NCBI GenBank assembly: GCA_963714425.1
Contig: CAVQOI010000006.1
Coordinates: 6,230 to 70,229, forward strand
Source of the DNA: an uncultured Chloroflexia bacterium
GTDB lineage: Bacteria > Chloroflexota > Anaerolineae > Anaerolineales > UBA4823
Length of the DNA: 64,000 bases
Reading direction: 5' to 3'
A model generated the notes under the pieces. The model saw nothing but the letters and a program-made list of their open reading frames with translations, was not told the DNA's origin and ran no database searches. Positions 60,732 to 64,000 of the stretch are shown piece by piece (the stretch's first letter is position 1; every line of letters starts with the position of its first letter). Position numbers and translations under genes: made by a program.

Positions 60732-61985
60732 TCATGCATGTGGATAGACCACCCCTTTTTTGATCACCGTCCCTACTAAGTTGCTGCCGAAGCGGTAGCC
60801 CAGGTGGCGGTAATCCGAGACACTTAAAATTAGGAGGTCCGCCTGCTTGCCGACCTCAATCGAGCCGACTCTGTCTGCGCGGCCGATAGCTGTAGCAGCG
60901 TTGATCGTCGCAGCAGCGATGGCTTGCGCCGGGGTCAGGCGCATATAGCGGCAAGCCAGGGCAATGGCAAATTGCATCGACTCGCACCAGGCGGTGCCGG
61001 GGTTGAGGTCGGTAGCGATCGCCAGCAGGCCGTTTGCCTGCAGGAATGCTTTGGCAGGGGTGTAATCCCTCTCAGCCAGCCCAAATGGTGTGCACGGCAG
61101 CGCCACAGCCACCGTATCGCTGGCGGCCAGGGCTTCGATCTCCTCCGGGGAGGTGGTCACCAGGTGGTCGGCAGACACAGCGCCCAGTTGCGCAGCCAGC
61201 CGCGTCCCTCCCAGGTTGCCAAACTCGTCGGAGTGGATCTTGAGCGGGAAGCCCAACCCTTTGGCAGTCTCCAGGATGCGCCGGGATTGCTCCAGCGTGA
61301 AGGCGCCCTGCTCGCAGAATACATCCACAAAAGGCAGGGGGTGATGCGGGGCATGGTGCGGCCACCAGTCGCGCAGCATGGGCAGCATGGTCTCGCAGAT
61401 CAGCGTGGTGTAGCCGTCAGGGTCGTGGCGGTATTCGGGGGCGATGGCATGCGCTGCCAGGAAGGTGCTGGCAATCTCCAGCGGGCCCTCGGCGTCCAGC
61501 CCGATCAGAGCCTGGAGCATGCGTAGCTCGGTGGCGCTGCGCAGCCCGTAACCGGTCTTCACCTCGGCGGTGGTGGTGCCATGCCGGAACATACCCGCCA
61601 GGCGCAGGCGCGTTTGGTCGAGCAGCTTCTTGAGCGAGGCGGCGCGTGTGGAGCGCACGGTGGATAAGATCCCGCCGCCCTCTGCCAGGATTTCCAGGTA
61701 AGGCTTGCCCTCCAGGCGCAGCTCGAATTCGGCGGCGCGGTCGCCAGCCCAAATGGCGTGGGTGTGCGGGTCTACAAAACCGGGCATGACCACTTTGCCC
61801 CCAGCGTCCAGAGCTGGCTCGTCTGGATAGGAGTTCAGCAGCTCATCGCTTGGGCCTACAGCAGCGATCTTGCCGTCGCGGAAAAGCACGGCGCCATCGG
61901 GGATAATGCCCAGGCGCCCCAGTTTGCCCCCGCGCTGTGGCCCGCCGGTGAGTGTGAGCAGTTGGGAGGTGGAGTGAATGAGCAT
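60732..61985 (-). CDS. hutI: Imidazolonepropionase
   Basis: PGFVDPHTH, GGGILSTV, GTTTAEVKTGYGL, DVFCE, SADHL, TDLNPG. Confidence 0.95.
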   Translation of the reverse strand: MLIHSTSQLLTLTGGPQRGGKLGRLGIIPDGAVLFRDGKIAAVGPSDELLNSYPDEPALDAGGKVVMPGFVDPHTHAIWAGDRAAEFELRLEGKPYLEILAEGGGILSTVRSTRAASLKKLLDQTRLRLAGMFRHGTTTAEVKTGYGLRSATELRMLQALIGLDAEGPLEIASTFLAAHAIAPEYRHDPDGYTTLICETMLPMLRDWWPHHAPHHPLPFVDVFCEQGAFTLEQSRRILETAKGLGFPLKIHSDEFGNLGGTRLAAQLGAVSADHLVTTSPEEIEALAASDTVAVALPCTPFGLAERDYTPAKAFLQANGLLAIATDLNPGTAWCESMQFAIALACRYMRLTPAQAIAAATINAATAIGRADRVGSIEVGKQADLLILSVSDYRHLGYRFGSNLVGTVIKKGVVYPHA

Positions 61986-62093
61986 GGGCAGTGAATAGTG
62001 AATAGTGAGTTGTAAGTGATTAATGCTAATTCCTATTATATCCAGTTTGGCTTGATGCTATCGGGCGATTAAATCAGGTAAAATACCTCCACA

Positions 62094-63549
62094 ATGAACC
62101 CACTTACACGCATTGAAAGAGACTCGTTGGGTGAAGTCAGCGTTCCTGCCCAGGCGTTGTATGGGGCGCAGACTCGAGCGCGCTGTGCACAACTTCCCCA
62201 TTTCAGGTCTCAAGCCCTGGCGGGCGTTCATCTGGGCTATTGCCACCATCAAAAGAGCCGCTGCCGAAGTCAACCGCGACCTGGGGCTTCTGGATGCCGG
62301 GCGAGCCGACGCCATCGCCCAGGCTGCCCAGGAGGTCATCGATGGGCACTGGGATGAGCATTTCGTCGTCGACCCCTTCCAGGCGGGGGCGGGCACCAGC
62401 CATAATATGAACGCCAACGAGGTCATCGCCAACCGCGCCACGCAGCTGCTGGGTGGCGGGCTGGGTGAGTATCTGGTGCATCCCAACGACCATGTTAATA
62501 TGGCCCAATCCACAAACGACACCATTCCCACTGCCATCCGCCTTGGAGCTCTATGGCGCCTTGAAGAGCTGCTGCAAGCAGTAGGCGACCTGGCGGGGGC
62601 ATTAAGCCAGAAAGCCGTTGAGTTCGACGAAGTGATCAAATCCGGGCGCACCCACCTGCAAGACGCCGTGCCCCTGCGCTTGGGCCAGGAGTTCGGAGGG
62701 TACGCCCGCGCGGTGGAGCGGGACGCAGCGCGCATCCGCCGCGCTGCCGAAGGTCTGCGCCGGCTGGGTATTGGCGGCACCGCCGTTGGCACCGGGCTGA
62801 ACGCTCACCCTGAGTACCACATGCGCATGGTGCAGCGCCTGTCCGAGCTTACCGGGCTGGAGCTGCAATCCAGCGACGACCTGTTCGAGAGCATGCAATC
62901 CCAGGCCGACGCCGCCGATTTCTCTGCCTCGTTGCGTACCCTGGCTGTGACGCTGACGCGCATTGCCAACGACTTCCGATTGCTGGCCTCCGGCCCGTCC
63001 ACCGGGCTGGACGAGCTGCGCCTGCCGGTCGTGCAGCCGGGATCCAGCATCATGCCAGGTAAGGTTAACCCGGTCCTGGCAGAGATGCTTAACCAGGCGA
63101 TGTACCATGTGCAGGGCTGCGACCATACCGTGGCGCTGGCTGCACAAGCCGGGCAGCTCGAGCTCAATGTGATGATGCCCGTCATCGCCCACAACCTGTT
63201 CGAGGCCATGCAGGTGACCATCGGGGCAGTGCGCGCCTTCACCGAGAAGTGCGTGCGCGGCCTGCAGGCAAACACCGGGCGCGCCGAGGGCTGGCTGGCG
63301 AAGAACGCCATCGTGGTTACAGCCCTGAACCCATTGATCGGCTACGCAGCCGGAGCGGCGCTTGTGAAAGAGGCGCTCTCGCGCGACCTGACCATCCGCC
63401 AGGTTGCCCTGGAGAAAACCGCCTCGGGAGAGCTCAAGCATCTCGACCAGGATCGCCCGGTGACCGCTGAAGAGATTGATGCCGCCCTGGGCGACCTGCG
63501 CCGCCTGACAGAGGGAGGGTTCGTAGGAGGACCGTCCGGCGGAGGGTAA
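62094..63549 (+). CDS. Aspartate ammonia-lyase / class II fumarase; +1 frameshift near 62176
   Basis: RIERDSLG...LYGAQT then frame switch; GTSHNMNANEV, KSGRTHLQDA, GSSIMPGKVNP. Confidence 0.9.
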
Positions 63550-63681
63550 GGGGAGCTGATAGGAGTTTAAAAGCGATCAATAAATCTTGCTACTTTGCGG
63601 CAAAACGTGATATGATCTGCACTGCAAGCCCATTGCAGCGTTTGATTTTAGCCTGACGCTCACACCGGGGAGGTCTCCCAA

Positions 63682-64000
63682 ATGTATCCCCCATCGGACC
63701 AATTGCGTGTCCTGATCTCAGCCATGGCCATCCAAGCGCGCGTCAAGGAGCTGGCAGACCAGATCTCGAGCGATTTCAGCGGGGTAGAAAGCCTTTACCT
63801 GGTCGGCATCCTAAAAGGCGCCTTCATCTTCCTTGCTGACCTGGCCCGGGAGCTCTCCGTCCCGCACAGTGTCGACTTTATGGCCCTCTCCAGCTACGGC
63901 CAGAGCACCACTTCCGGCGCCGTGCGAATCCTTATGGACCTGCGCGAGCCGATCGAGGGTCGCCATGTCGTGATCGTCGAGGATATCTTAGATACCGGCA
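63682..64000 (+). CDS. hpt: Hypoxanthine phosphoribosyltransferase, 3'-partial
   Basis: GILKGAFIFLADL, DFMALSSYG, VIVEDILDTG; RBS GGAGGT. Confidence 0.93.
   Translation, partial: MYPPSDQLRVLISAMAIQARVKELADQISSDFSGVESLYLVGILKGAFIFLADLARELSVPHSVDFMALSSYGQSTTSGAVRILMDLREPIEGRHVVIVEDILDTG

Noticed and set aside
60732-61985. hutI without hutH/hutU/hutG
   Set aside because: Dispersed hut genes are common; cannot be judged from one window.

Overview
GC-rich bacterial chromosomal window whose gene content and repeat style suggest Chloroflexota (Anaerolineae-like; inferred). It carries housekeeping genes (punA, ltaE, rluD, lspA, tsaD, selA, katG, hutI, aspA/fumC-like, hpt) interspersed with accessory loci. 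No rRNA, tRNA or CRISPR array was seen. The most notable feature is a minus-strand metal/redox operon (about 24.7-32.1 kb): PCYCGC lipoprotein, CuA cupredoxin, membrane polyferredoxin, CuA-cytochrome c fusion, Ig-like protein, Cys/His-rich protein, DUF2085-like protein and a NarL-type two-component system, lying just upstream of selA. Its Ig-like (DUF1573-like) gene has an in-frame UGA in a G-C-U-P-P motif followed by a bacterial-SECIS-like hairpin, so it is a candidate selenoprotein that the ORF track truncates. Other points of interest: an FG-GAP propeller-LPETG-sortase fusion, two paralogous membrane protein + Tat Thr-type sulfatase-like modules, two dead RAYT copies bracketing an AT-richer lipoprotein, a perR-katG block flanked by a decayed duplicate of the neighbouring gene's 5' end, and several REP-like/heptamer repeat families. 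Five single-base frameshifts in otherwise intact genes are probably assembly errors. All family assignments come from motif recognition by eye, not database searches.
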